Origin: Octopus sinensis
Taxonomy: Eukaryota
Length of the DNA stretch: 64,000 bases
Assembly: GCF_006345805.1 (NCBI RefSeq)
Contig: NC_043001.1
Location: 132,618,001 to 132,682,000, forward strand
Direction: 5' to 3'
Part shown: positions 12,449-24,316 of the stretch, one piece after another
Layout: each line of letters starts with the position of its first letter
Position numbering within the stretch: the first letter of the stretch is position 1
The notes under the pieces: model-generated
What the model was told of the DNA's origin: nothing
Databases searched by the model: none
The model's input: only the letters and a program-made list of their open reading frames with translations
Made by a program: the position numbers and the translations under genes

Positions 12449-14944
12449 ATCCCCCACAAAATCGAGCTGCCAGATGGCCGTAACCTATACATGATGGTAA
12501 AAGATAGGAGGCCTCGATGTTACTTGTGTGGCAGGGAAGAGCACCTAAAAACTAAGTATCCAGCAGTGAAGGAACAACAAAAACAACAAGAAAAAGAACA
12601 TCAACAACCACAACAAGGAAAAAGTGAAAGGAAACAAAAACCCTTACTACCCACACCACCATCAACACAGAAGACAAGCAAAGGGAGTACGACAACAGAA
12701 ACACACCAACCAAACCCACCAACACCAACGAATGAACATAAAACAGCACCTGGAAAAACACCAACAACAACAGCAAGAACGAAAGAAACAGAAAAACCAA
12801 AAAGACAATACAAAAATTTATTCCCCTTCCCCTGCATCACATACATCGTCAGAAGATGAAAGTAGTGAGGAATGGCAAATAGCCAGAAAAGGAAGGAGGA
12901 AGAGAAGCAAGAAAAGAACCAAACCAAATGCAAACGCAAACAAAGCAGGGAGATGCACAACTTATGAAAACTTTTCGAACACCAACACCAGCACACAACA
13001 CCAAGGCCAACAACAACACCTGAAGGATGTCTTCACGAAGAAGTTGGATGATAGAACTGAAGCAGCCCTCTCGAAGGCAGACTTCACAGACATGATACGC
13101 TTCTGTAGTGGTCGTCATCCGGCACTCAGGCAGTGGAAAAAGATGGCAGGATGCAGCAACACAGATCAATGCAGACTCTGTAACGAGGAGGTGAAATCTG
13201 CAGAACATCTCTGGCTGAGATGTCTGGCCCTGATGGTGGAACGCTATATCCGCCAACTAGGGGCGACAATGGATGAGATGATTTGTCTCCCTTCCGTGGC
13301 TCTAGCACTTCTGAGAGTTATCCTCAGGTGCTTGAGATGGCCAACAACAACAACACCTCAAAAACAAACACATGAACAATGCTCAATGCCATCAACACGA
13401 AAAACACAGAGTTGATGGATTACAGCAACACAAGAAAGAACCTGACACACCAAGACATAAAAACAAGCAACCATCCATACACAACGCCACCAGAACACAT
13501 CAAAATATTGCACATCACACCACACACTAAAATCCATTTACCCCAATGCGGTTGGAAGATGCCAGAAGTACACTTCCAAAAACTTTATAGTGATCTCTTC
13601 AAGGAAATACCGAAGGAGGAGACACAAAATTTTTCAACAGTAAGTGACTCTCTGTTCATATCGTTAGTGTTTACACACACACACATCATTAAGATTATGA
13701 TCAGGATTGGTTGCATGAATGCGCATGGCTTGGAGTTCCCTTGGAAACAAGGGTACCTCTTAAACGACATAAAGTCTCATGAATTATAAATCATAGCCAT
13801 AAGTGAAACCAGACTCCATAATCCAGAGGCCCTAAAGTCCATGTTTGGCAGACAGTTTAACATTTATTTTTCTCCATCTACCAAGAATGGGTAGTAGTGG
13901 CACAGCGGTACTTTTTTGCAAGAGTCTGGATCTTGAAATAAAGACAATATTCATAGACCCGGAGGGTAGACTGGTCGTCCTGGATGTCAACGGCAGCAAT
14001 GGGTGTACTTTTTGACTCATATCAGTCTACGCACCACCTTTAACAGGTCGGATGGATTTCTTTCAACATCTAGAAGTATTCATAGGAATGTCTCGTCCTT
14101 TACTTTTAGTCGGGGATTGGAATGCTACCTTGGACACATATCTAGACTACGTGGGCAAAGATAGGAATAGAGGAGGATGCAAATGCCTCAGAGACCTGCT
14201 TAGATGCTTTCAACTGTCTGACAGGTACCAACTCAACCATCCGAATGTGCCAACATAGACATGGAGCAGCCGCATTGGGTCATTGAGATCATATCTAGAT
14301 AGGATACTGTGTAGGACAGTAGATACAGATAGCATAGGGTGTCCATAATTCCACATAGTCAGCTACACGGATCACAAACTTGTGACGTGTACACTAGACT
14401 TAGATAAGACACATAGGCAGGGTCCCGGTTACTGGAAACTAAACACTTCTTTCCCATTGAAACAGGTTTTCAGAGACCAGATTAGCACGCTTGTAAAGAG
14501 GACTTTGATGGGAGCCATCATCAACAACAAATGATGGTTTGCCCTCAAGAGAGCAATAAAAGCAGAAGTGATTAGGTATAGCAAAGCACTAGCCATAGAC
14601 AGAAACAGAGTAGAGGGTGACCTAGTTAAGAAGCTAGAAGAGGCAATTAGAAGTGGCATTGTATCCAGTGTTTTGGTGGTGAGTTTGGCCCTCGACCAAC
14701 ACTTCAACGCCAAACACAAAGGGTGTGTTGTCAGACTTTTCTTTCCATGGATAAAGCTAATCTGTTTCCCCTTTTTACATTATGACATTTCTGTGATACA
14801 CGATCCCTATTGATCGGCCTTTTTTTTTCTACAATCCCTTTTGATCAAATTTCTACCCCTACTTATTTTTCTCTTCCCAAAAAGAAAAGCTCTACTTTGT
14901 ATTTTGTCTCTTCTGTGTTCAGCCCTGTGTGGCCAATAAAGAAA
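12449..14944 (+). mobile_element. L1/Tx1-clade LINE, 5'-truncated, RT internally deleted
   Basis: ORF1 remnant IPHKIELPDGRNLYMMVKDRRPRCYLCGREEHLK (zinc knuckle). ORF2 APE motifs IGCMNAHG, IAISETR, LVGDWNA, SYLDRIL, TDHKLV and GPGYWKLNTS. Jumps to a 3' UTR at ~14728 and ends aataaagaaa, followed by (TATC)n. Confidence 0.87.
13022..13344 (+). mobile_element. 5'-truncated 3' end of a different LINE, inserted in Tx1 ORF1
   Basis: C-terminal zinc finger CRLCNEEVKSAEHLWLRC; TSD caacaacaacacct at 13008-13021 and 13345-13358. Confidence 0.82.
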
Positions 14945-15039
14945 CATATCTATCTATCTACCTATTTATCTATCAATCTATAAATATATATATATATTGA
15001 ACACAGATGTTAAATGATGATGATGATATATATATATAT

Positions 15040-15290
15040 TATGAAGGTGCATGACTCAGTGGCTAAAGTGTTGCATTCACGATTGCAAGATCATGTGTTC
15101 GATTCCCAGGCAAAACACTTCATTTCATGTTACTCTGCAATCATTTCATCATCTGACATGTGTCACGCATTGCACCTGTACAGGTAATGTCAATTTGATG
15201 GAGGGAGTGATCTTATGTCTACACAAACATTTGATCACTGTAAGAAAATTATCTGTGTGGTTGTTCAGTAAGAAATTGTCAAACCCTCAT
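15040..15290 (+). mobile_element. Degenerate tRNA-derived SINE
   Basis: A-box-like tgactcagtggctaaagtg and B-box-like gtgttcgattccc, followed by a body; flanked by (TA)n. Confidence 0.55.
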
Positions 15291-15362
15291 ACATCATCTA
15301 ACAAGAGAGTCCATCATATATATATATATATAGAAAGTTGGTTTGTGAAAGCACGTGGTTGA

Positions 15363-15678
15363 ATATATAGAAAATAGTAAAAAGTGAAAAAACTACAGAA
15401 GGCTTAAAGGTTAAAAAATATATATATTTGCGTCAATATGTCTGAAGAATATTAAAAAAATTTTTTCCTTACAATGACATAGTTTGGAAGAAAGACCAGT
15501 TTCGCGTTTGTCGTAAGAAATTTGAAAAGCTAAACGCGAAACCGGTCTTTCTTCTAAACTATGTCATTGTAAGGGAAAAATTTTTTTAATATTCTTCAGA
15601 CATATTGACGCAAATATATATATTTTTTAACATTTAAGCCTTCTGTAGTTTTTTCACTTTTTACTATTTTCTATATAT
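15363..15678. repeat. Near-perfect palindrome, ~147-bp arms with 22-nt loop
   Basis: 15363-15509 is the reverse complement of 15532-15678 with very few mismatches. Confidence 0.92.
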
Positions 15679-16406
15679 ATATATATATATATATCAATCA
15701 CCAATGGGCTTCCTTCAGTTTCTGTCTATTAAATACACCCACAAGGCTTTGGCTGGCCCAGAGCTATAATAGAAGACACTTGCCCAAGGTGTCATATAGT
15801 GGAACTGAATCCAGAAACATGGGGTTCAGAAGCAAACTTCTTACCACACAGTACCTTATAGACAGACAGACAGACAGATGATGATCATGATCATGATGAT
15901 TATGATGATGAGGAGGAGAAGGTGGAGGAAGAGGAGGATTTAAATAATGGTGATGTAGCTAAGACCTATTCTTTCTAATTGTTTAATTTACATAGACATA
16001 AAGTCATAGTAACAACTATATTGCACCTGGCATGTACTTCAGCATCCAAGTTATATTCTCTCCCAGTCGAGCACTCTGGAAGTATTTTCATTACTTTTGC
16101 TACGACAATTATTACTTCTCTTCATTGCACAAAGAAACTGTTTCATCTTCTGTCTGTTGCTAGTTAATTTATATACCAACTGCACATGGTATCAATAACT
16201 TATGCATTGTATGGCTAAAAGAGTACTGTCTTTATTTCAGCAGTGGCTGGCAGAATGAACAATCACTGAAATATCTAAATGTTATAATACTGACTACTAA
16301 TTGGGAATTAAAATTGCAACTGCCTAAGTCCACCTAAGTCCATATGTTTATATGTTTACTGAAGTAACACATAAGTGGTTAAGTATGCCACAGAAACATG
16401 TACCCT

Positions 16407-16731
16407 TTAACCCTTTCATTACCAGCCCGGCTGAAACCGGCTCTGGCTCTTTAGTATAAATATCTTGTTTTCATAAGTTTTGAATTCAAATATTCCACCA
16501 AATCTTAGTTAAAATTTATGTTCCTATCATCATCATTGTTCAACTGTGGTCGAGACAATGGAATTTACCATGCTACACCAGACTTCACAGTCCATCATGG
16601 CATTACGGAGGTCCTGTTGCTAACACTAGCTTAATGATAACGAAGTTAATTTACTAAATTATTTGTTATATTTAAAATAATTGAAAGAAACACAGAACAT
16701 CTCAAAATAAATGCAGTAATGAAAGGGTTAA
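16407..16731 (+). mobile_element. TTAA piggyBac-like MITE interrupted by a 93-bp LINE 3' end
   Basis: Ends ttaaccctttcattac...gtaatgaaagggttaa. An uninterrupted relative is at 34074-34297. The insert 16527-16619 matches the 3' end of the LINE at 47143. Confidence 0.85.
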
Positions 16732-16974
16732 ATAATCTTCAAGTAGAAGCTGTATTGTCATGATACAATGTGGGTCAAGGCTTTGTCTTTGAATTCCATC
16801 ATCTCAATTTTACATGCAAGATTTAAATCAACTTCAGTCTATAGTAAAAGAAACCTACCCAAGATACTATACAGTGGGCTTGAAAATGGAGCCTTGTGAC
16901 TGCTAAACGAGCTTCTTAACCATTCAGTGATGTTGCATTTATACACACAAATATTATGAAGAGTATCCAGCTGT

Positions 16975-17335
16975 CGGTCTGTGGGTAGACCGCTCTGACG
17001 TTACAAGGATGTTTGCAAAAGGGACATGAAGGCCTGCAACATCAATATTAGTAGTTGGGAGGCAGTTGCCAGCAACCGTGGAGACTGGCGACGGACCGTA
17101 AGAGAGGGAATACAAAGGAGTGACAGAGAGAGAGAGAGGGGAGAAATGGAAAGAAAAGAAGAGATGTCAACAAGAAACTATGGCATTACAACCAGCCAGG
17201 AACAGTCTTCGCTACATTTGCGGTACCTGCCAGAGGGAGTGTTTGTCCAGGATAGGACTACACAGCCACAGCAGGAAATGTATCAGGACATGAAATGTAA
17301 AAGCCGGACTAGACTACTTTATGCGCAACTCCATT
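16975..17335 (+). mobile_element. RTE-clade LINE 3' fragment
   Basis: GRPL.RYKDVCKRDMKACNINISSWEAVASNRGDWRRTVREG, then a degenerate terminal CCHH finger region. Confidence 0.8.
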
Positions 17336-17639
17336 GTCTCCCGAGACAAAAAGGATGCCAAATAATCCAGCTGTGGAAACTGTACCAAAGCAGACAGTGG
17401 AGCATAGCACAGTGTTCTAGCTTGCAAGTCCCTGTCAAACAATCCATCTCATGCCAGTATGGAAAATAGATGTTAAATGAGGATGATGATAATGATGATG
17501 ATATGTGTATGTGCGTGCAAATACTTATATACATGTGTGTGTGTGCATGCTAATGTTTACTTTTATATTGAGTTATGATCAATTCTGCTACAGGCCTGAA
17601 ACATTAGAGGAGGGGGCAAATCGATTACATCAACCCCAG

Positions 17640-17869
17640 GCGGCGAGCTGGCAGAAACGTTAGCACGCCGGGTGAAATGCGTAGCCGTATTTCGTCTGTC
17701 GTTACATTCTGAGTTCAAATTCCGCCGAGGTCGACTTTGCCTTTTATCCTTTCGGGGTCGATAAATTAAGTACCAGTTATGCACTGGGGTCGATGTGATC
17801 GACTTTATCTGCTTGTCAATCCTTGTTTGTCCCCTCTGTGTTTAGCCTCTTGTGGGTAGTAAAGAAATA
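17640..17869 (+). mobile_element. SINE family B with 17-bp TSD, nested in an older opposite-strand SINE
   Basis: TSD gattacatcaaccccag at 17623-17639 and 17870-17886. Confidence 0.9.
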
Positions 17870-20334
17870 GATTACATCAACCCCAGTGCTTCACTGGTAC
17901 TTATTTTATTGACCTCAAAAGGATGAAAGACAATGTGGACCATGGTGGAATTTGAATTCAGAACGTAAAGACAAAGTACCGCTAAGCACTTTGTCCAGTA
18001 AGCTAACAATTCTGCCAGCTCACTGCTTCATATGTTCAGTCATAATAAAAACAATTTAACATTCACCCAAAGAATTACTCAGCATTTGTTGTTGAGTACA
18101 TATTTACATGTAGATACATACATACATACATACATACATACATACATACATACATACATACATACATACATACATACATGCATACATACATATACACACA
18201 CAAACATACATACATGCATTCACACATACATACTCATACATACATGCATAGGCACATACAAACACAATTATATATATATATTATATTAAATTAGAGATAA
18301 AACCACTATTAGGCAAATCAAACAGTGAAAATCATAAGCCAATACATAGAAATAAAATTAATTAATAAAATATATAAAAAATATAAAATATAAAATTCCA
18401 AATTAAAATATTTAAATTAAAGTTAAAATTTAGAAAATTATTTAAATTAATAATTTAAACTTATAAATTTTAAATATATATATACATATATATATTTTAT
18501 TATTATTATTATTTTTTTTTTTTTTAAAGATATATATGCACATGTAATCATATTTATAAAGCAGATTTAAAGTGTACAATATATGACTTAGTGTCATTAA
18601 ATATAATAGATGTAATAAGTGTATGAATAATCATTATTTCCTTTATAGGCATATGGCCAGAAATTATGAAGAGAGGGAACAGTTGACTGAATAAATCACA
18701 ACACCAGGCTGGTATATATTGTTAAAAACTTGGAAATTTTAATGTCAATGTTGTCATTGGCAGGCACTCCACTAGTTCTGCTACCTATCTCTTTGAAATA
18801 TATGAATGTAAAACATTTTATTAACACCCATTTACATTAGCTAATATCCTGTATTAGCATTTAACAATTACCCTTTCAATACATTTTCCTAAGTTTATAA
18901 ACTTCTAGAATACCTATGCAATTGGTAACATTTAGTACATATTATTTGAAATTATCAAAATGGAGTGTGAAATTAAAAGAGAAAAAAAAAATAAATAAAT
19001 TTCCTAAATCTCATTAATGTAAAGATTTAATATTCGAGATATTCCATTCTAAAGTTATGCATTGTTCTTTTATTACATCACATTGTATTAAAAATATTAA
19101 TTATGACAAGGTTTTGCCCAAAATGTTCTCTAAATGGACTGCTTATTGCCTGATGAGAATTTTGCAAAATATCTGTCCCTTTATATCAAATAAATGTAAA
19201 AATAAAATTTAAAAAATATATTTAATACCAGTTCCATACAAAAGAAAAGTAGAAATTTCATCAAAGAAAATTTCCAACTATAATTATCTAAAAAGTGATT
19301 TTAAAGTGATTCAACAATGCCTCCTTTTATTTCAATCTAATTTATGAAATTCTATATTAATTTGGTGCTATTTATCTTAACTCTATTTCATAATCCTCAT
19401 TATTCCAAAGACCTCCTAGCCTGCACTTATGATTACTGAAGAAGGCAGCTTCAAAACATGGGAGATTGATCCACAAGGAAACTATCAACATCACAAAATG
19501 AAATATCAATACAATTTTATGAATTCTTTTTCAAAAGTTACTATAGACATTTTTACTTTGATATTAACTTTTTATATTTTGTATTTATATATACATTTAT
19601 TTGTTGGTTTTTAATGAGTTTTCTACGACAAAATAGTAAGTTAGAGTAGAAAAATGCACCAAAAGACTTTTAATCTTTACTATCAAAACATCCATTTTTA
19701 AGTGGCTCTTAGGAAAGCAATAAGCATTAATCAAATTTCAAGACTTAAACTAAGATTACATATTGAAGAAAACAGCATGTAATCATAATTAGTCACATGA
19801 TTAGCTACTTGACTTTGAAATTGACAAATGACTCAATATGTCCAGTTAGGTTTTGATAAATTGTAAGTTACAGGATTTGCAAGCTATTTCATAATTATAA
19901 AATGCATTCTTAATGGAAGAAAAAGTAAGAAGAGATCCTTCTGACTCCTGAAAGTAATGTTAGATGATGTTATCTGAAATTTAACTACTTCATTTGACAA
20001 GTGTCTACTTGTATAGACTTAAAATTTTCAAACCAACCAAAAAAGAGAAAAAAATAATGACAAAAAAAATGGAAAATACTGTATAAGTACTGATAGAGTG
20101 ATAGTCTGAAGCAAGTGCCAGAGAATGTACAAGATACTGATCCAATAAAGATATGCATATTATTCGATTGAACCAGACAAAAGAGCCCTATTACTTATCT
20201 AACATATTGTGTTAACTGTCAACATAATAATAGCATTCAAAATCCCCTTCAAAAATCTCTTTTAAAAGGTTTTGTTTCCTTTCTTAGTCAATTGGAATAT
20301 GGAGTGGGAAGTTAGCAGAAATGGCAGAGCACCA

Positions 20335-20576
20335 GAAGGCGGTGAGCTGGCAGAAACGTTAGCACACCAGGCAAAATGCTTGCGGTATTTCGTCTGCCGT
20401 TACGTTCTGAGTTCAAATTCCGCCAAGGTCGACTTTGCCTTTCATCCTTTTGGGGTCGATAAATTAAGTACCAGTTACGCACTAGGGTCAATGTAATCGA
20501 CTTAATCCCTTTGTCTGTCCTTGTTTGTGTCCTCTATGTTTAGCCCCTTGTGGGCAATAAAGAAATAAAAGAAATA
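20335..20576 (+). mobile_element. SINE family B with 18-bp TSD
   Basis: TSD agaaatggcagagcacca at 20317-20334 and 20577-20594. Confidence 0.9.
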
Positions 20577-20914
20577 AGAAATGGCAGAGCACCATACTAA
20601 ATACCTTATTATATTTAATTCAGGGTAAAGTCTTAGCAGGGTTAATTTTGCTTTCATTACCCAACAGTTAATAAAACAAATATCAATAAAGCACTGCAAC
20701 CATTTTGAGCACTCAAACAAGAAATTATGTAAAAATTGATCTTGGGTAAAATGATCAATGTAATATGATGTGGACACATATAACAACTAACAACATACAG
20801 ATACTATCTATTTATTTATAACTATAGTTATGCATGAATGTGTATCTGTGTGTGCAGGTATTATTTAAAATATATTTTCATTGTTCACTAACAAGATGAA
20901 TGACAACTGGTGAG

Positions 20915-21845
20915 TGTTAAAACATCATTTCACCCACCTTTCAATAAACTCACTCAAGGACAGCACTTCCCTCCTCTTCACTCTCAATCTCCTTTTCAAG
21001 TGAAACTTGAAAAAGTCAATGAGAGCTCTACCAAAGAGGAATGTATCTGTCCTCATGCCTTTCAGCCTTGTCCATCAAACAACCTCTTTCACCACAGCCA
21101 CCAGGCAAAGGAAAACTGCCTTGTCTGCCCAATTGAAGGAGGGTGCTGGTGCAATCATCACTACAGACTCAGCTGACAGACAGATCCATCCCACATGTGA
21201 CAGCAGCTGTTCAACATAACCCCACAAGTTAGCAATGCCAAGACACTGAACGAGGGCATGCAGAATGGTTTCGTCACACTGCGCACACCTCAGACAAGTC
21301 TATCTTACAGCACATCCGTGCCTGTAGAGTTTATCTTGAACTAGTAACACCCCCTAGTAGCATCCACCAGTAGCACTGCTAGACCAAGGACATCTGGAAA
21401 TTATCCAAGATAGTTCCTGACCAGAAAGTCCTCTGGAACAGACTAGCCAGTTCATTCTTGTTGGTGCTCAGAGTCTCCCTGAGAACATCATCGTACTTAC
21501 CCACCACTAATCCTCTATAAATTTCTAAAGTAGAACATCTACCAATCCTATTGCCCGACTGGTAGAGGTTTGTGAGTACCTGATGAATTTCTTAGTGCCA
21601 GGCGTCTAGTCTCGGTCTTTTCTTCACCCTGGATTGCAACTCTGTCAAGGAGATAAGCTGTGGAAAGATGAGCCTCACAAACGGAGCCCATACACACTCA
21701 CCATCCAGAAATCATTGCAGGTGGCATAACCTAAGTGCATGACTGCACATTAGGAGCCACAGCATACCTAATCTACGACTCAGAAGATGCTGGAACAGAC
21801 TGACCACCTGACCATTAGAACGTGTCCCTTCCACAAGAATTTAAA
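20915..21845 (-). pseudogene. L1/Tx1 ORF2 C-terminal fragment
   Basis: Minus-strand translation VQDKLYRHG..TCLRCAQCDETILHALVQC...KAVFLCLVAVVKEVVWWTRLKG...FFKFHLKRRLRVKREVL, an L1-type CCHC domain with stops. Confidence 0.8.
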
Positions 21846-21999
21846 TAAGAGATGCTCCAACCTGGTCAAGCAGTAACTGGAACAAGGCAAGATGGTCAGG
21901 CAATAAATGATAACGGAGGCAATGTAAGCAAACAATAATAATAATCAATGTTCACTTTTCCCAGCTCCCATAAGTTGGACAGAGTATAAGATCAAATAG

Positions 22000-22233
22000 A
22001 AGGCAGCGAGCTGGCAGAACGGTTTAGCACGCCGGGCGAAATGCGTAGCCGTATTTCGTCTACCGTTACGTTCCGAGTTCAAATTCCGCCGAGGTCGACT
22101 TTGCCTTTCATCCTTTCGGGGTCGATAAATAAAGTACCAGTTACGCACTGGGGTCGATATAATCGACTTAAATTCGTTTGTCTGTCCTTGTTTGTCCACT
22201 CTATGTTTAGCCCCTTGTGGGTAGTAAAGAAAC
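22000..22233 (+). mobile_element. SINE family B
   Basis: Colinear with 17640-17869. Confidence 0.88.
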
Positions 22234-22453
22234 ATATATGATCAAATGCCGTTCTTGTAACCAGACCTCACCTATTTCCAAGCAAGGTAATAGTTCCCCC
22301 ATGTCCTTGCTGAACATCAGAAATGAATGATTGTTTATGTAACAGTGACAAGCATCTTACAACTATCATGCAATGTCAAGACAAGAATACATACATTCAC
22401 ACACACACACACACACACACACATGCAAAGTTTAGGTTAGTTAAAATACATTT

Positions 22454-22852
22454 ACTCTCTTTTACTTTTTTACTTGTTTCAGTCATTTGACTGCGGCCAT
22501 GCTGGAGCACCGCCTTTAGTCGAGCAAATCGACCCCAGGACTTATTCTTTGTAAGCCCAGTACTTATTCTATCGGTCTCTTTTGCCGAACCGCTAAGTGA
22601 CGGGGACATAAACACACCAGCATCGGTTGTCAAGCAATGCTAGGGGGACAAACACAGACACACACACACACACACATATATATATACATATATACGACAG
22701 GCTTCTTTCAGTTTCCGTCTACCAAATCCACTCACAAGGCATTGGTCGGCCCGGGGCTATAGCAGAAGACACTTGCCCAAGATGCCACGCAGTGGGACTG
22801 AACCCGGAACCATGTGGTTGCTTAGCAAGCTACTTACCACACAGCCACTCCT
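22454..22852 (-). mobile_element. SINE family A, full length and young
   Basis: Reverse complement of 5975-6383 with CpGs retained. Confidence 0.9.
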
Positions 22853-23233
22853 GACATATTTCAATAGCTAGATGACAAATTCACTACAGTTACCATGGAA
22901 AAAATGTTCTCTTATGGTAAAAAGGTATAAAAACACCATATCTGTCCAGTGTCACCATTTATTAGGATTTCCAGACATCAATGTTTCTAGCTCCATAGCT
23001 GTTATCAATGGGGAATACCTAAGAGAGGCAACTCTGGGCAGACCTTAATAAGGCTATAGCTCTTAGATATTTCACATTGATAACAGCTGCGTAACTAGAA
23101 ACATTGATATCTAGGAATCCTGATAGATGGTGACACTGGACAGATATGATGTTTTTACACCATTTTACCATAAGAGAAAATTTTCTCCACGGCAACTGCA
23201 GTGAATTTGCCTTTTAGCAGCTGAAATATGTCA
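22852..23233. repeat. Fold-back element, ~175-bp diverged arms with 34-bp spacer
   Basis: tgacatatttc...ctaagag (22852-23025) pairs with ctcttag...gaaatatgtca (23060-23233). Confidence 0.88.
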
Positions 23234-23312
23234 CAAACTACCTTAAACTTTGCTTATGTCTAAACACTGCTTGCCACTAATATATTATGTTAATATACAT
23301 TATATATATATA

Positions 23313-23546
23313 TAGATGGGCTGCACACGTCGCCCGGCTCACCGGTGGATGCACGCAGTTGTCGAGTGGTACCCGCGTGAGTGGAAAGGACCACCCGGAA
23401 GACCTCCACGACGGTGGAGTGACAATTTCAAGAGGATGATTGGGATCACGTGGATGAGAAAGGCGTGATCCAGGGAGGAGTGGACAGCGTGCTGTGACCA
23501 GCAGTGTCAAATGGACGCCTGACAGACTGGTCGGTCAAAGTGAAAA

Positions 23547-23548
<2 letters not shown>
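23313..23548 (+). mobile_element. GC-rich 5'-truncated RTE LINE end inserted in (TA)n
   Basis: RWAAHVARL, then VVEWYPREWKGPPGRPPRRWSDNFKRMIGITWMRKA; (TA)n on both sides. Confidence 0.82.
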
Positions 23549-23587
<39 letters not shown>

Positions 23588-24180
23588 ACACACACATATG
23601 TACACACATATGTATGTATGAATATTTATATATATATATATATCCACATCCACTCACAAGGCTTTTCCCAGCCTAGAGCTATAGTTGAAACCACTTGCCC
23701 AAGATGCTACAGTGGGACTGAACCCAGAACCATGAGATTGGGAAGCGGTTTCTTACTACACAGCCACACCTGCACCTCATGTACAATAATGTAAAATTTT
23801 ATTCACATAGCTTTGAAAATATTCTAAGTCAAGATATTCAAATGTTTTTAATTTATTGATGTCTCATCCAGTCTGCTTTGACTACTAAGAACGCAGTATA
23901 GAACGTCAAAAACAACAGTTCTGATCTACAAAATGATCAATACTTATGGCTCCTCCTTAATTGAACAGATATCTTCCAATCCTGTTTCAGAAACTACTTC
24001 AAAACTAACCCTACACCATTTAATATCAAATCATTGACTAAGATATATAGAATTAACTACTAACAGCCACCAATAGGAAATTTCAAACTTTCACCAACTC
24101 AAAATATTATTTTTATTAAATTTCAGTTAATATTATTATATGCAAATTGAAAACTTGGATGGGGTGCTCTATAAATATTA

Positions 24181-24181
24181 T

Positions 24182-24226
<45 letters not shown>

Positions 24227-24244
24227 ATGGTGGTGGTGGTGGTG

Positions 24245-24316
<72 letters not shown>
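24181..24316. repeat. (GTA)n(GTG)n(GTA)n microsatellite
   Basis: Directly visible; the poly-V and poly-T ORFs are artefacts of it. Confidence 0.95.

Noticed and set aside
15979-16167. 62-aa plus-strand ORF as a possible terminal exon
   Set aside because: No recognisable motif and no convincing link to the candidate exon chain.
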